Assembly (NCBI RefSeq): GCF_001194135.2
Contig: NC_068984.1
Span: forward strand, 95,637,916 to 95,701,915
Source of the DNA: Octopus bimaculoides
Lineage: Eukaryota
Length of the DNA stretch: 64,000 nucleotides
Reading direction: 5' to 3'
The position numbers and the translations under genes were made by a program. The notes under the pieces are model-generated. The model was not told the DNA's origin and did no database searches. It saw nothing but the letters and a program-made list of their open reading frames with translations. Of this stretch, positions 37,540 through 50,744 are shown one piece after another. Within the stretch, counting starts at the first letter, position 1, and each line of letters opens with the position of its first letter.

Positions 37540-40004
37540 ACAATACAACAATACAAACACAATATGAACCATTCAACTACTCACAAGGAAACCTAAACCC
37601 CAGGAATGGAAATAGGCCCAACAAACATAGAAGATGGGAAGAAAACAACTACCACAGACAAAACAACACATACAGACCATATAGACCATTCCTGCCTCTA
37701 CAAGAAAACCTAAAACCTGAAAATGGAATTTGGAGACGCAACAACACAACCTCTTTTTTTGGGAAAGGATACTTCAACCATACTCCAGACCCAACACACC
37801 AAAAATTTTGAATGAACACACGAAACACATAGACCCCAAAATAATAAACCTATCTAAAAGAGAACTTAGCGAAAATGAAATGAACCTACTACTAAAAGGC
37901 CTCAAATTTACACCCACACCAAATCTCATAGAACTAAAAACTGAAAACTTTAGCCGCCATCTCCGCCTTATGAAATTCTTTGAAAATAAGGAAACAGAAA
38001 ATAGCTCAATCATAAGAAAAAATTCCCATTTCACCCCTCACAAGGGATGGGACAAACACCTAGACACATACACAGAGACAATCTCCAAATTCCCTCTCAA
38101 CACACATAAATGCAAACAGAACCTCTGCAGAGGAGAAAAACAAGCCTTACAAATACTAAAAAATGACAAGTCGGTCATTTTAAAAGAAGCTGACAATTAT
38201 AATTATGGATACAGATTACTACAAAGAAAAGATACTGGAGATATACTACAAAGAGGAATCAACACAACCGGAGAAAGCAACATTAAAAAAAATTGGAACA
38301 TTAATCAATGAATACCAGAACTTCTTTACAGACAAGGAGAAAGACTATTTATGCAACTCAAGAACCAAAGAAAGCAACTTTTATGGATTACCTAAAATTC
38401 ATAAAAGCTCGGAAATACAGAGAGCCACAAATGAACACAGGAACCATTATATAAGAATACAAAGGCCTGCAGACCTCACAATGTGACCCATAGTTGTAGG
38501 ACCCCAAGCACCAACACAGCAACTAAGCTACTTCATAGATGTACTCCTCAAACCTTTATGCCCACTGATACCAAGCTACATAAGGGATGACATAGACTTC
38601 TTCACACACAATCCAAATACAGTTCCGGAAAACACCATACTTGCAAGCTTCGGTGTCACAAACTTATACACGAACATACCACACACCCTGGGTCTGGAAG
38701 CGATAAAATACTGGGTAGAAAAATACAGGGAACTCATAGATAAACGTTTCAAAACAGACTTTATCACCAAAGCCAACCAATTAATACTTGAAGAGAACAC
38801 ATTCTCATTTAACAACAAGTCATACCGACAGATAAAGGGCACGGCTATGGGTACAAAATTCGCACCTTCATATGCCATCCTAGTGATGGGTTTCCTTGAG
38901 AACAAACTATACGATGAAATAGGGAATGTCTTCGAACACAACTTCAGAGAAGACATCAAGAAAAAGTGGAAACACTACCTCGATGACTGTTTCATTTTTG
39001 GAACAGATCAGAAGATCTACGAACATTCCACAACATCCTCAACACACTGCACCCATCTATCCACTTCACAATAGATACCAACTACAACGAACTTCTCTTC
39101 CTAGACATCAACATCAAGATACACAACTCCATCGTTACAACAGACATCTACTACAAAAAAACTGACACACATCAATATTTAAATTTCTACTCCTGCCACC
39201 CATCCCACATAAAAAGAAACATTCCATATAGTATAGCAAGACGCATATGCAGCATAGTGACTGACTCACAGACAAACCAAATAAGACAAGATGAACTTAA
39301 AAACTTCCTACTAGAACAAAAATACCCACTCACCTTAATAAAAAATGCAATCTCAAGAGCAATGAAATTGGACATCACAACTCAGAACTCCAAAAAAGAA
39401 AAACAAAGAAAACATCATCCTTTTCGTAAACACACACAACCCTGCAATCACCAACATGTTTCACATTATACATTCAAACTTACCAATAATACTACAAAGC
39501 CCCAAAATGGGAAACCTACTAAACAAATATTGCATAAAAAACTTAAAGAAACACCTAACATGAGCAAAATTCTCATCAGAGAATAAAACCGAATTCTTCG
39601 TGAAAGAGTGTGGAGATGGTAGATGTGGAACCTGCAGTAAACCCATCTACAAATATATAGAGGGGAACAAACAAATAAAATTTAAGAGTGGTCACACATT
39701 CAAAGTAAATGCAGACATGGATTGCAAGACACGGAACGTAATATACTGCATAACCTGCCCCGCATGCAAGGAGAATTATATAGGCGAAACTGGACCTTTT
39801 TTATGCCAACGAGCCAGAATTCACCGACAACATGTCCGACAGAAGGAACTACGAAAGATTCCACTGAGTGAACACTTAGAAGCATGTGAAGAAGGAAAAT
39901 TTAAGATCTTTCCCTTCTATAAATGCCCAAGGAATGACTCCTCCTTCAGGAAAAATATGGAGAAATACTTCATAACAAAATTCTCAGCCAAACTGAATGG
40001 CTGA
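37540..40004 (+). mobile_element. Near full-length Penelope-like element ORF (RT + C-terminal GIY-YIG), disrupted
   Basis: IINLSKRELSENEMNLLLKGLKFTPTP, YGLPKIHK, VTNLYTNIP, GTAMGTKFAPSYA, HYLDDCF, SCHPSHIKRNIP, NVIYCITCPACKENYIGETG. Confidence 0.95.
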
Positions 40005-40009
40005 AAACA

Positions 40010-43000
40010 TGAAAATCACAAAGGTGCCTCAACCTCAACGCGTGCCTGCGCATCATCAACCAAGGCATCCCTAAACCTCCCTTTAACGGTTCCTGACAAC
40101 AGATAGAGTGCCTCAGAAGTGGCTTCGAGCCCCTCCACAAAAAGTGGAAGAGCTGTCTTTCCAACTTGGTTTACCACAAATCTGGGCAAGGCATGACGGT
40201 CAGGTAATAACTGATGCGATAAACACATTGGCTACCTCCGCTCTCCCTTTCAGGGACAGACTTCGCCAAGACCAAGTCTTGGCTATACCGGCCACCCTGC
40301 TTGAGACCTCTGCCCAGTTCTTCTCCACCTGGAGGTTTGGACCAAACCAAACCAAACTCCCAGCAACTTAACCGGTTCCTCCATCCAGCAGCCTACAACT
40401 TTTTCGCTAATACCTTGGCCAAAATCTTCACTTCTGTATTTAGCAGAGTGATGGGCCTAAAGTTTTCTAAACAATCCCTCTTGCTCAGGTCCTTCCTGAC
40501 TAGTGTCACCACTCCCCAGCGCACAGATCTGGGGATCCACCCATTCTGTTGCCAGTTCGTGTACACACCAGCCAACAGATGTCCGAACAAGTCTGGCATA
40601 CTTTTATATAATTCATAGGGTAGGCCATCAAGTCCCGGCGATTTGCCCTTACCACAGTTCGCCAATGCCTCAATTATCTCCCCAGGCGTGATCGGCCCCC
40701 TCACAAGCCTCCGCATTCGGCCCTGAGAGGCATGGCAGCCCAGCAAAGAAGCCCTCAAGGTCTTCCCCACCACACGGCTCACCATCACCCCTGAAAAGCC
40801 GCGGAAAGTGCTCCTGAAAGGCCCCACACATCTCCTCAGGTTCATTTACCAGAACGCCTTGAAGGTTTGCCACAGTCTGAATAATGGAGTTATTACCCCG
40901 TTGAGCCTCCACCACTCGGGCCCATCTAGCAGCTTTTGATTCCTTTGCAACCCATTGCACGTATTTTTACTCTGATAATACTTCCCATGTGTTAGCTTTC
41001 GAGGTGCTGATTTAATTCCGGTCTCTTAGCCTTCACCTGGTCCGCATTACCATTCCCCATGGCTTTCTCTAGCTCCTTAACTAGACCATCGCCTATGCTA
41101 CGTTCCTTCTTAGCTAAGCCTATACTAAATCTAATTGACTCGTATTCTATGGCTCGCTTAAAGGCGTACCACCATTTATTATTAATGATGCTACCTGTTA
41201 AAGCCCTTTGAATTATTAACTTGATCCGCTTTCTGTACTCCTCAATCGCCAATAAGGACTTATTGAGTTTCCAGTAGCCAGATCCCTGTCTATACATATC
41301 TACAGTCAGCTCATTTGTGACCATCTTGTGGTCACTGTAGCTGACTGGGTAAAACTGTGGACACTTAACTATATCTTTATCTACTTTTCTTATCAATATC
41401 CTATCTAGATATGACCTGGAAGACACATCGCTACTAGACCATGTCCACAATGGAGCGTTTGGGTGTTCCAGCCTATACGGGTCTACCAGCTGAAAGTGGC
41501 TGAGCAGATCCCAAAAGCCAGGATTTGCTGTTTTGTATGTCCGCGAGCCAACACAATCAACACATGCATTGTCAATTGTGTTGAAGTCACCTAACACAAC
41601 TAAAGAATGCGACGTAGCAAGGAATTTCCTGAGGTCACGGAAATATTGCCTCTGTAAACCAGTTGAAATGGGTGCATTAATTTGCGACCAACCTGACTGT
41701 CTTACCACAACTGGATGTCAAATCCAGGACAACCAGCTTGCCTTCTTGATCAATAAAAACAGACTTTACCTCAGGAACCCGGTCTCTTTTTATTAAGACC
41801 AACACCCCACCCCCACCTCCTGGCCAAGATGGAGAGACGTATCTCTCATAGCTGCTCAAGAGGGGGAGCAGATCTCTTGGCCTGCTTATCCGAGTTTCTG
41901 TGGCAGCAATCACATCTAAATTCCGCAACCTGATGTCATTGAGGAAGCGCCCTTGCTTCCAACTTGATGACAGGCCACATACATTTATACATCCAATGTG
42001 AACAGCCATAAGAGTCTTACCTTAGCTGGTGTCTGGAGGTAGGGAAACCCCTGCCTTTTCCATTCCATCTGAGGCTTGTGGTGTTGGAGATATAAGACTC
42101 TCAGACATATTTGGTACATAGTCCAGTCTGGGGGCTCCGACATCTTCTCTGAAGTCGTTTGAAAATATGTTAAATATTTTTCGAGTCGTTTTATATATCA
42201 CTTTACCATTTTTTGTCTCAATTTTCTTAAGTTTACTTTTTTGACAGTTGCCAGGCGGTTTGAAAGCTCTCTGTTTGCTGTTCGAACCACCATGTAGCAA
42301 CTGTCGTTTTTCTTGAGTTCCCGCTTTTTTGTCCTTTTTGGTTCCAGTTTGGTTTTCGTTGGGGAGGATGGCTTCAATTTTCTTTTACTGGTCACTGCAG
42401 TCTAACGCTCTCCAGCTTTCTCCACTGGTGCTGCTTCTGGTTCCTTCAGTTTCTCCTCCGCTGCTTCTTGGCTGGTTGCTTTTTCGGTTTCATTCTGTTT
42501 GCAATCCACCCTAAGGTGGCCCTTCTTCCCACACTGGAAGCAACGAGGCTGGCGACCTTCCACTGACACAACCAGTCGTGTCTCGTCAACCTCAAAACTT
42601 TCAATTATGTCTTCCAGTGTGGCCTGTTCTGCCTGTATTATTATTTTTAAGGCCTGTCCATACTACAGGCGTGGCTCAATCACGGTGGCATCCAAGACAG
42701 TTAACCTATCCTCTAAACCCATTGTCACCGCCGCAAGGAGCCACTCTGGGTCCACCTCAGGGGGAATATTGTTAATTGTGATTTTGGATGTTCTCCTACC
42801 CATATACAGTAGTAGGAGAACCACATTCTCGGTCTTCAGCGACTCCACAGAATGGAGTCAGGCAGCTTCTTCTGACTCCATTCTTACCTCAATTGTTGCA
42901 TACCGTTAGCCTCTGGCAATGTAGGTAATTTTTTGCCAAATTGGCTTGAGGCACTTTTCAATTTCTGCTTCCGTGACATAGTCAATTTTTTTTTTCTCTG

Positions 43001-43290
43001 ATGTTATAGGTTTTGTAGATGATTGTCTCTTTTTCAATTGTCTCCAGAAAACTTTGGCGAGGTGTTGCAATAATGCCGTGCCCCTCCCTTTTCATCATCT
43101 GTTTGTGTTTCTCGGTGCTGTTCAAGTTGACTTTTTTTAGCTTGGCACCAGTCACCGCTGCTAAGTCTAGCTTTTTCTTTGCCATTTTCTCCTTCTCAAT
43201 TTCCGTGGTATCCTTCGTCTTCAGGCTTTTCACATCAATATTTTTCTTCGTAGTTGCTGGTTGTTGTTTTCTCGGATTGATGTCAATAAA
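40010..43290 (-). mobile_element. Tx1/L1-clade LINE with ORF1 (intact CCHC) and ORF2 (APE; RT core deleted; 3'-truncated)
   Basis: ORF1 stop at 42022, ORF2 ATG at 42009 (MAVHIGCINVCGL..., ATETR, VLGDFN, GSGYWKLN, RPITLLNTEVKILAK); strongly similar to 7386-10000. Confidence 0.95.
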
Positions 43291-43329
43291 CTTAAGATTC
43301 CGTCAGTATGCAGTGAGTTTGTGTGAGTG

Positions 43330-45868
43330 AGATAAATAATTTGTCCTGTGATGGAACCTGGAAGTCATTCAAAGAAAGAGTGTACAAGATTTGTAGTAAC
43401 ATTCTTGGCTTTATTGTAAAAAAACACCGAGATTGGTTTGATGATAATGATGAAGAAGTTAATCTCATCTTACTGGAGAAGCGAAAGGCATTTAACATGT
43501 TGTAAAATGTTGACATATCAACGAACAGGACAGTGGCTACATATTTCAAGGCTGTAAAAGCAACAGTGCAGAGGAAGCTACGGATGATGCAGGAAAATTG
43601 GTGGAGTGATAGGTACAAGGAAATCCAAGAAGCTTCAAATGCTAACAACTCCAAGCTTTTTTACTCTCTCTCGGAAAAAGTTTATGGACCAGTTTCATCA
43701 AAGGTTGCACCACTTCGGGGCAAGGATGGCACAGAATTATTAACAAATCCTAAAGATATTGTTGGGAGATATTTTGATGAGATGCTCAATAGACCCACTG
43801 AAGTTGATCTCTCTTTTCTTGATAATATACCTGAGAGACCAATAAAACATCTTACAGCAGAAGTTCCAAACCTGGCTAAAATAAATGCAACAATCAGGAA
43901 ATTGAACAATGGAAAGGCCCCTGGTATGGATGGACTAGGTGCAGAGATATATAAATATGGTAGTGATCATCTTTGTGCAATGTTGACGGTTGTGATTCAG
44001 AGGGTTTGGCAAAAGTGAAGAGGTTCCTCCGGATTGGCATGATGCAACTATGGAGATACTATATAAATGTAATGGTGGAAAGGATGTCTGTGATAATTAT
44101 CGCGGCATCTGTCTGTTAGCTGTTCCTGGAAAGATCCTTTGTAGAGTAATGCTGGACAGATTGCTTCTGCACATTGCTGATGTGCTTCTACCAGAATTGC
44201 AATGTGGGTTTAGGGATAGTAGGAGTACTATGGATATGATATTTTCAGCTAGACAGTTGCAAGAGAAGTGCATCGGACAGGATATGGACTTATGCCAGGT
44301 TTTCATTGACCTAACAAAAGCGTTTGATTCTATCAATAGAATTGCACTTTGGGAGATCATAAAAAAGCTAGGATGCCCTGAAAAATTTGTGAGAATGCTT
44401 AGACAATTTCATGACAAGATGGAAGTGAGAGTTAATGTTGGAGGTACCTTATCAGATCCAATTTCTGTAGGAAATGATGTAAAGCAAGGTGATATTCCTG
44501 CTCCTTCACTGTTTGCTATATATTTCGCAATAATCTTTCAAATAGCTATTAAAGATTGCCCTGAAGGGGTCTATATAAGATATAGGACAACAGGAATACT
44601 GTTCAATCTCAAAAGACTCTGTGCCAAAACGAAAGTTCTGCATTCTCACCTTGTTGAGTTTCTGTATGCAGATGATTGTGACCTGTTGGCACATTCTCAG
44701 AAAGATATGCAGCACATGGTGAATGCGATTTCTGCAGCATGTGCAGCATTGGGTCTAACAATCAATCTAAAAACAAACTGTTATAATGTACCAGCCAGCT
44801 TCCTCCAAGATGTATATGGAACCTTTTATAACTGTGAATGGTCAAAAGTTGCAGACTGTACCTAGATTTATTTATTTAGGAAGTACCTTGAGCACTGCTG
44901 GTCTTGCTGATGAAATTTCATACAGAATCAGTAGGGCTAGTAGTGCTTTTGATAGGCTTGTAGGCATCTGTGGAAACAATATATCTTCACAAATTAAAGT
45001 TAAGATATATAACACATGCGTCCTCCCATCTTTGCTATATGGAAGTGAGGCATAAGTTGTTTACCATAGGTAGGTAAGGCAATTGGAACGATTTCATCAA
45101 TACTGTCTGAGAAAAATTTTGGAGATAAACTGGAAAATGTGGAGGTGCTTGAGAGGAGTGGTAGTAGAAGTATAGAGTCAATGATTTTGCAAAGACGTTT
45201 GAGGTGGGGGGGGACATTTGGTAAGGATGAGTGATGAGCGACTGCCCAAGCAGTTATTGTCTGGTGAACTGGAAGATGGCAGGAGACCAATGCATAAGAC
45301 TAAACTAAGGCTTAAGGATTGCTTTAAAAATACTCTAGTACAGACAGGAATTGCAGCTGGTAATTGGGAGAGGGAGGCACAAGACCATGATGGATGGAGG
45401 AAGATAGTGCATGATGGTTGTTCGAGGTTTGAGAGGGAGAGAGTGAAGTATGAGAGAATTGGGAGGGCACTTAGGAGGGGGAACCTATGGAAAATGAGTT
45501 TTGCTTTTTATGTGTGTGGTTTGTGGGCGGAGGTGTTTGAGTCGTGCAGGCCTGGTGAGCCATCAACATTTTCATAGAAACCGACCCATGATAAACAATG
45601 ATGTAGCTATTAAAATTCATAACAGAACGTGTGTAAAATGTGGAAGGGTGTACCTCTCAGTTGGAGGTCTAAAAAGACATGTTAAGAGAGTGCATATGGT
45701 GGCACCTGTTTCTCCTACTAGCCAGCACAGTTGTCTAGTATGTAATAAAATGTGTAAAAGCTTGGCCAGGCTTAAAAGTCAATATAAGGGCATCACATGA
45801 CAACAATTATGAATCATTTCAGTAAGTCTTCTTGGCAATGGCTTTTCTCATGTAACAAGGATGCAGCT

Positions 45869-45870
<2 letters not shown>
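43330..45870 (+). mobile_element. RTE-clade (BovB-like) LINE, third family, 5'-truncated, with C-terminal C2H2 fingers
   Basis: KAPGMDG, YRGICLLAVPGK, QCGFR, FIDLTKAFD, KQGDIPAP, FLYADD, FIYLGS, RLPKQLLSGEL. Confidence 0.93.
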
Positions 45871-45902
<32 letters not shown>

Positions 45903-45905
<3 letters not shown>

Positions 45906-48855
45906 TCATCGTCATCATTTAATGTCCGCTTTTCATGCTAGCATTGGGTTGGACAATTTGACTGAGGACTGGCAAGCCAGAAGGTTGCACCAGGCTCTAA
46001 TCTGATCTGGCAGAGTTTCTACAGCTAGATGCCCTTCCTAACGCCAACCACTCCGAGAGTGTAGTGAGTGCTTTTACGTGCCACCAGCACAAGGGCCAGT
46101 CACACGGTACTGGCAACAGCCACGCTCAAAATGGTGTTTTTTACGTACCACCTGCATGGGAGCCAGTCCAGCGGAACTGGCAACGACTTCGCTCGAATGA
46201 TTTTCTAACGTGCCACCAGCACAAGTGCTAGAAGGCGACACTGGTAATGATCATGCTCAAATGGTGCTATTTACGGGCCACTAGCACAGAAGCCAGACAG
46301 CTGCTCTGGCAATGAACATGCTCGACAGTGCTGTTAGTGCTCCACTGGCGCAGTGACCAATCATCAAGTATGGTTCAATTTCGAGTTTAGTGTCCAATGA
46401 AGTAAAGATACAGATTAGTGAGCTGGCTCACAGATTATGCTCTCACTTGCCTTGCCGGGTCTTCTCACATACAGCATATTTCCAAAGGTCCTGGTCGCTG
46501 NNNNNNNNNNNNNNNNNNNNNNNNNNNNNNNNNNNNNNNNNNNNNNNNNNNNNNNNNNNNNNNNNNNNNNNNNNNNNNNNNNNNNNNNNNNNNNNNNNNN
46601 NNNNNNNNNNNNNNNNNNNNNNNNNNNNNNNNNNNNNNNNNNNNNNNNNNNNNNNAACTGGCAACGACTTCGCTCGAATGATTTTCTAACGTGCCACCAG
46701 CACAAGTGCTAGAAGGCAACGCTGGTAACTATTACGTTCTAAAGGTGCTATTTACGGTCACCAGCACGGAAGCCAGACAGCTGCTCTGGCAATGAACATG
46801 CTCGACAGTGCTGTTAGTGCTCCACTGGCGCAGTGACCAATCATCAAGTATGGTTCAATTTCGAGTTTAGTGTCCAATGAAGGAGAGGTTGGTATGGGTG
46901 CCAGTCATCGGATTCGGTTCGATTTCGATTTCAGATTCAAATTTCAAATACCAAATTCCAAATTCACTTGCCTCAACAGGTCTTTGCAAGCAGGGTTTTT
47001 AGTGTCCAATGAAGTAAAGATACAGATTAGTGAGCTGGCTCACAGATTATGCTCTCACTTGCCTTGCCGGGTCTTCTCACATACAGCATATTTCCAAAGG
47101 TCCTGGTCGCTGGTCATTGCCTCGGTGAGGCCTAAGGTTCAAAGATCGTGCTTCACCACCTCCTCCCAAGTCTTCCTGGGTTTACCACTTCCACAGGTTC
47201 CCTCAACTGCTAGGGTGTGCCACTTTTTCACACAGCTATCCTCATCCATTCTTGCCACATGTCCGTACCAGCGCAATCGTCTCCCTTGCACACCACAACA
47301 GATGCTTCTTAGGTCTAACTTTTCTCTCAAGGTACTTACACTCTTTCCAGTGTGCACACTTACATTACACATCCATTGGAGCATACTGGCTTCGTTTCTT
47401 GCAAGCTTACACATGTCCTCAGCAGTCACGGCCCATGTTTCACTGCCATGTGACATGAGTCATACAGTCTACCTTTTACTCTGAGTGAGAGGCCCTTTGT
47501 CACCAGCAGAGGTAAGAGCTCTCTGAACTTTGCCCAGGCTATTCTTATTCTAGCAGCTACACTTTCAGTGCACCCTCCCCCGCTACAAACTTGGTCACCT
47601 AGGTAGCGGAAGCTATCAACTACTTCTAGTTCTTCACCGTGGAGTGTGGTAAAGGTTGTTTTCTGCACATTCTCAGTGTTTATTGCTCCTGAGCATCTGC
47701 CACATATAAAAACTATCTTCCTAGTTAGCCGTCCTTTGATATTGCTGCACCTCTTGTGTCCATAGCTTACACTTATGGAGTTTCTACTTACGCCTTCTCT
47801 ACAGATCGAGCAAGGCCATCTACCTGAAGTTTTGTCTACCTTCCTACTTATTAGGACTTTGGATTTAGCTAGGTTGATTCTAAGGCCCTTCGATTCTAGT
47901 TCTTGCTTCCACACCTGAAACTTCTCCTCTAGTTCTGATAGTGACTCAGCAATTAGGGCAAAGTCATCAGCATAGAGGAGCTCCCAGGAAATTCCTATCT
48001 TAAATTCCTGTGTTATTGCCTGGAGGACTATGATAAATAGGGGGGGGGTGCTGAGGACTGAACCTTGGTGGACCCTTACCTCTACCCGGAATTCTTCACT
48101 GTACTTGTTGCCAACGCTCACCTTACTGACAGCGTCCCTGTACATGGCTTGCACAGCTCTCACTAACCACTCTTCTATCCCTAGTTTCTTCATTGACCAC
48201 CAGATAAGGGATCGAGGGACCCTGTCAAAGGCTTTCTCCATGTCAACGAAAGCCAGGTACAGAAGTTTATCTCTGGCTAGGTATTTCTCCTGCAGCTGTC
48301 TTACCAGGAATATAGCATCAGTGGTGCTTTTTCCTGGAAGGAACCCAAACTGCATCTCATCTAAACTGACTCTCTCCCTTCATTACCTGGTCCAACATCT
48401 TAATACCTCTGTAATTGTTTGTGTCTAGAGCGTCACCTTTACCTTTGTAGAAGTTGACTATGATGCTGCTACACCAGTCATTGGGCATGACTCCTTCGTG
48501 TATCACCTGATTAACTATATGGGTCATTAGGCTATAGCTGACACTGCCAGATATTTTGAGCATCTCTGCAGTGATTCCTGATGGGTCGGGGGCTTTCTCT
48601 GTCTTCATACTCTTGATCGCTTCATCTACTAAGGTACTGTCAATTAGGATAGCTGGTCCCTCTGTTGGGTCGGCATGCGGCAGACTCTCTTCCTCCCATT
48701 CATTCTCTTTATTAAGCAGCCTTTCATAGTGGCGTCTCCAGACCTCTCTCTTTGCAGCCTTGTTTAGTGCAAGTGAGTCATCATCCAAGCGGACACATTT
48801 CTCACCTACAATATCACGATTCTCTCTCACACACTGTCTTGCAACACGAAATACT
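45903..48855 (-). mobile_element. RTE LINE (family of 35760-37487), 5'-truncated; 3' UTR duplicated across gap
   Basis: KAPDPSGI, NYRGIKML, QFGFLPGKSTTDAIF, AFVDMEKAFDRVPR, LLYADD; (GAT)n tail at about 45903-45918. Confidence 0.93.
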
Positions 48856-50012
48856 TCAAGTCTTTGGTCCAGATCAAGTCTTGGGAATAAGTATCCTACT
48901 CATTTTGCTTATTTTGTTTTATCTTTGGTAATATTGGATGAAAATTTGAGTCAAGATGTATTGTCTGTTTATATTCCATTTGAAAATTTACAGCAGTGAA
49001 TTCATTACGAAACCTTTCCTTTTCATTTTATCACTATCGTTTTTCATTTAACTTTTTCTTACAGCGACCTCATCATTTTCATTCTATTTGAAAAAATTAT
49101 GGTAGCCAATTCATGACAAAACCTCTTTCTTTTCACTATCATTTTTTCACAGCGGCCCTCTCGATTTGTACCTTTTGTTTTTCTTTTTCTTTCTTATCTT
49201 CATTACCTGCTCCTCCCCTCTCTCTTTCATACCTTCCTCTTCCTCTCTCCTTTCCTTTCATATCTTCCTCCTTTTCCCACTTCTCTCTCCCTCCCTTTGT
49301 CTCTCTTTACACCTACCTCTCTCCCATATCTTCCTCCTTTTCTCATCTCTCTCCCTCATTCTGTCTCTCCCTCCATCTACTGCTCTCCCTCTCTGTTTCA
49401 TACCTCCCACTTTTTCTTTCCTCTCCCTCCCTTTCATATCTTCCTCTTTTTCTCACTTCTTTCTACTGCTTTGGCCTAGTTTTCTACAGCTGGATGCCCT
49501 TCCTAATGCCAGCCACTTTCAGAATGGGCTGGGTGCTTTTTACCCAGTCTACTTACTGTTATATGCTTTAAAGCAAAAGATCTCTGTATTTTTACTAAAT
49601 CACCCTTCAATGTCATGTTTGTGTATGTGTATATAAGAGAGGGATGTGTGAGTGTGTGTGTGCGCGCATGAGTGTGCGTGTGCACACAAATGTCCCCAAT
49701 ATAAAAATCAACACAAAAACTAATTGTTTACTTTTTTCATTACTTTTTGAAAATAAGCTATGAAATAAGATAAAAATGCATTTTCCCCAATAATGTGTTT
49801 ATCAAATTATATACACCATATGTATATGTATACATGCTATTTAGATTTTTAAATTGTTAGTTTGTCACACACACACACCAACTCTAATCTTTCATTTAAC
49901 ACAAGCATATATGTCTTTATCTGCTATTCCATTCAATATAATTCCTTCCATAACTATTGTCATTTACTTGTTTTCCTCTTCCCTCTCTCTTTATGATTCT
50001 TTCTCTCTCACT

Positions 50013-50022
<10 letters not shown>

Positions 50023-50060
<38 letters not shown>
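50023..50060. repeat. (GT)n microsatellite (one of many; others near 6300, 15430, 30865)
   Basis: Direct inspection. Confidence 0.95.
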
Positions 50061-50062
<2 letters not shown>

Positions 50063-50227
50063 CACAATATATTTTTATATAACTAGATTAGCCTAATTAC
50101 TATGGGGTACATATAGTCCAGAACCATAAGGTAATCAATACAGATACTTGTGTATTCCATTACTATGTGGTATACATACCAATCTGATACATGTAGTTCC
50201 CCAAGTAAATCCAGCTCCAATACTTAC

Positions 50228-50319
50228 CTTTCCTTCTTCCTGTCTGGTTTCCGTAATAAAATACCCAAATTCTCAGGACTACAAATGACATTCAGACTTT
50301 CATGAAAATCTTCCAGATT
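50228..50319 (-). CDS. UFL1: UFL1 coding exon, phase 0 to 2
   Basis: NLEDFHESLNVICSPENLGILLRKPDRKKE(R) resembles UFL1 'SIEDF...DKKRER'. Acceptor ttacAG, donor GTaagt; 92 bp. Too short for the ORF track; found by reading. Confidence 0.88.
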
Positions 50320-50663
50320 CTGTAATAAAGATATGTAGTTGTTGGGAACAGGGAACGACAGAGATGTCAAATATCACTGTAATCATCATCAACAATGCCA
50401 GCACTATCACTGTTACCTATAACCAACATTGTCATTAATATAACTATCACCAACATTATCATCATCGACATGATTTACATCACCAACATCATCAACATCA
50501 TCCTCATTACCATCAATATCATTATGACAATCATCATCATCATCATCATCATCATCAAGGTTTTCAGGTCTGCTTATTCCTCTGATCTAGAAGGGTATCA
50601 TGAAATTGTAATAAATGGTAAGAGAGACATTAGAGAAAACTGAACAAAGACACAACACTTTAC

Positions 50664-50744
50664 CTTGCTGTTAAGCGAAGAATTCAATTTCTTCAATTGG
50701 CTTTTTTGTGGCTCTGGTAGTTTAGCAATAACATTATTGCGAAT
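50664..50744 (-). CDS. UFL1: UFL1 coding exon, phase 0 to 0
   Basis: IRNNVIAKLPEPQKSQLKKLNSSLNSK resembles UFL1 '[27 protein letters not shown]'. Acceptor tttcAG, donor GTaaag; 81 bp. Confidence 0.9.

Noticed and set aside
38484-38486. In-frame TGA in the Penelope RT as possible selenocysteine/readthrough
   Set aside because: It sits at the Arg of the RPIV motif (CGA to TGA decay) and the ORF has other frameshifts.
46173-47111. Direct duplication of RTE 3' UTR segments on both sides of the 46501-46655 gap
   Set aside because: Blocks 46290-46398/46770-46878 and 46381-46500/46995-47111 look essentially identical and flank a gap, typical of overlap mis-assembly; not interpretable without long reads.
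49113-49640. Ser/Leu/Phe-rich ORFs
   Set aside because: Polypyrimidine low-complexity tract.
50395-50643. Ile-rich ORF
   Set aside because: Degenerate (ATC)n microsatellite inside a UFL1 intron.
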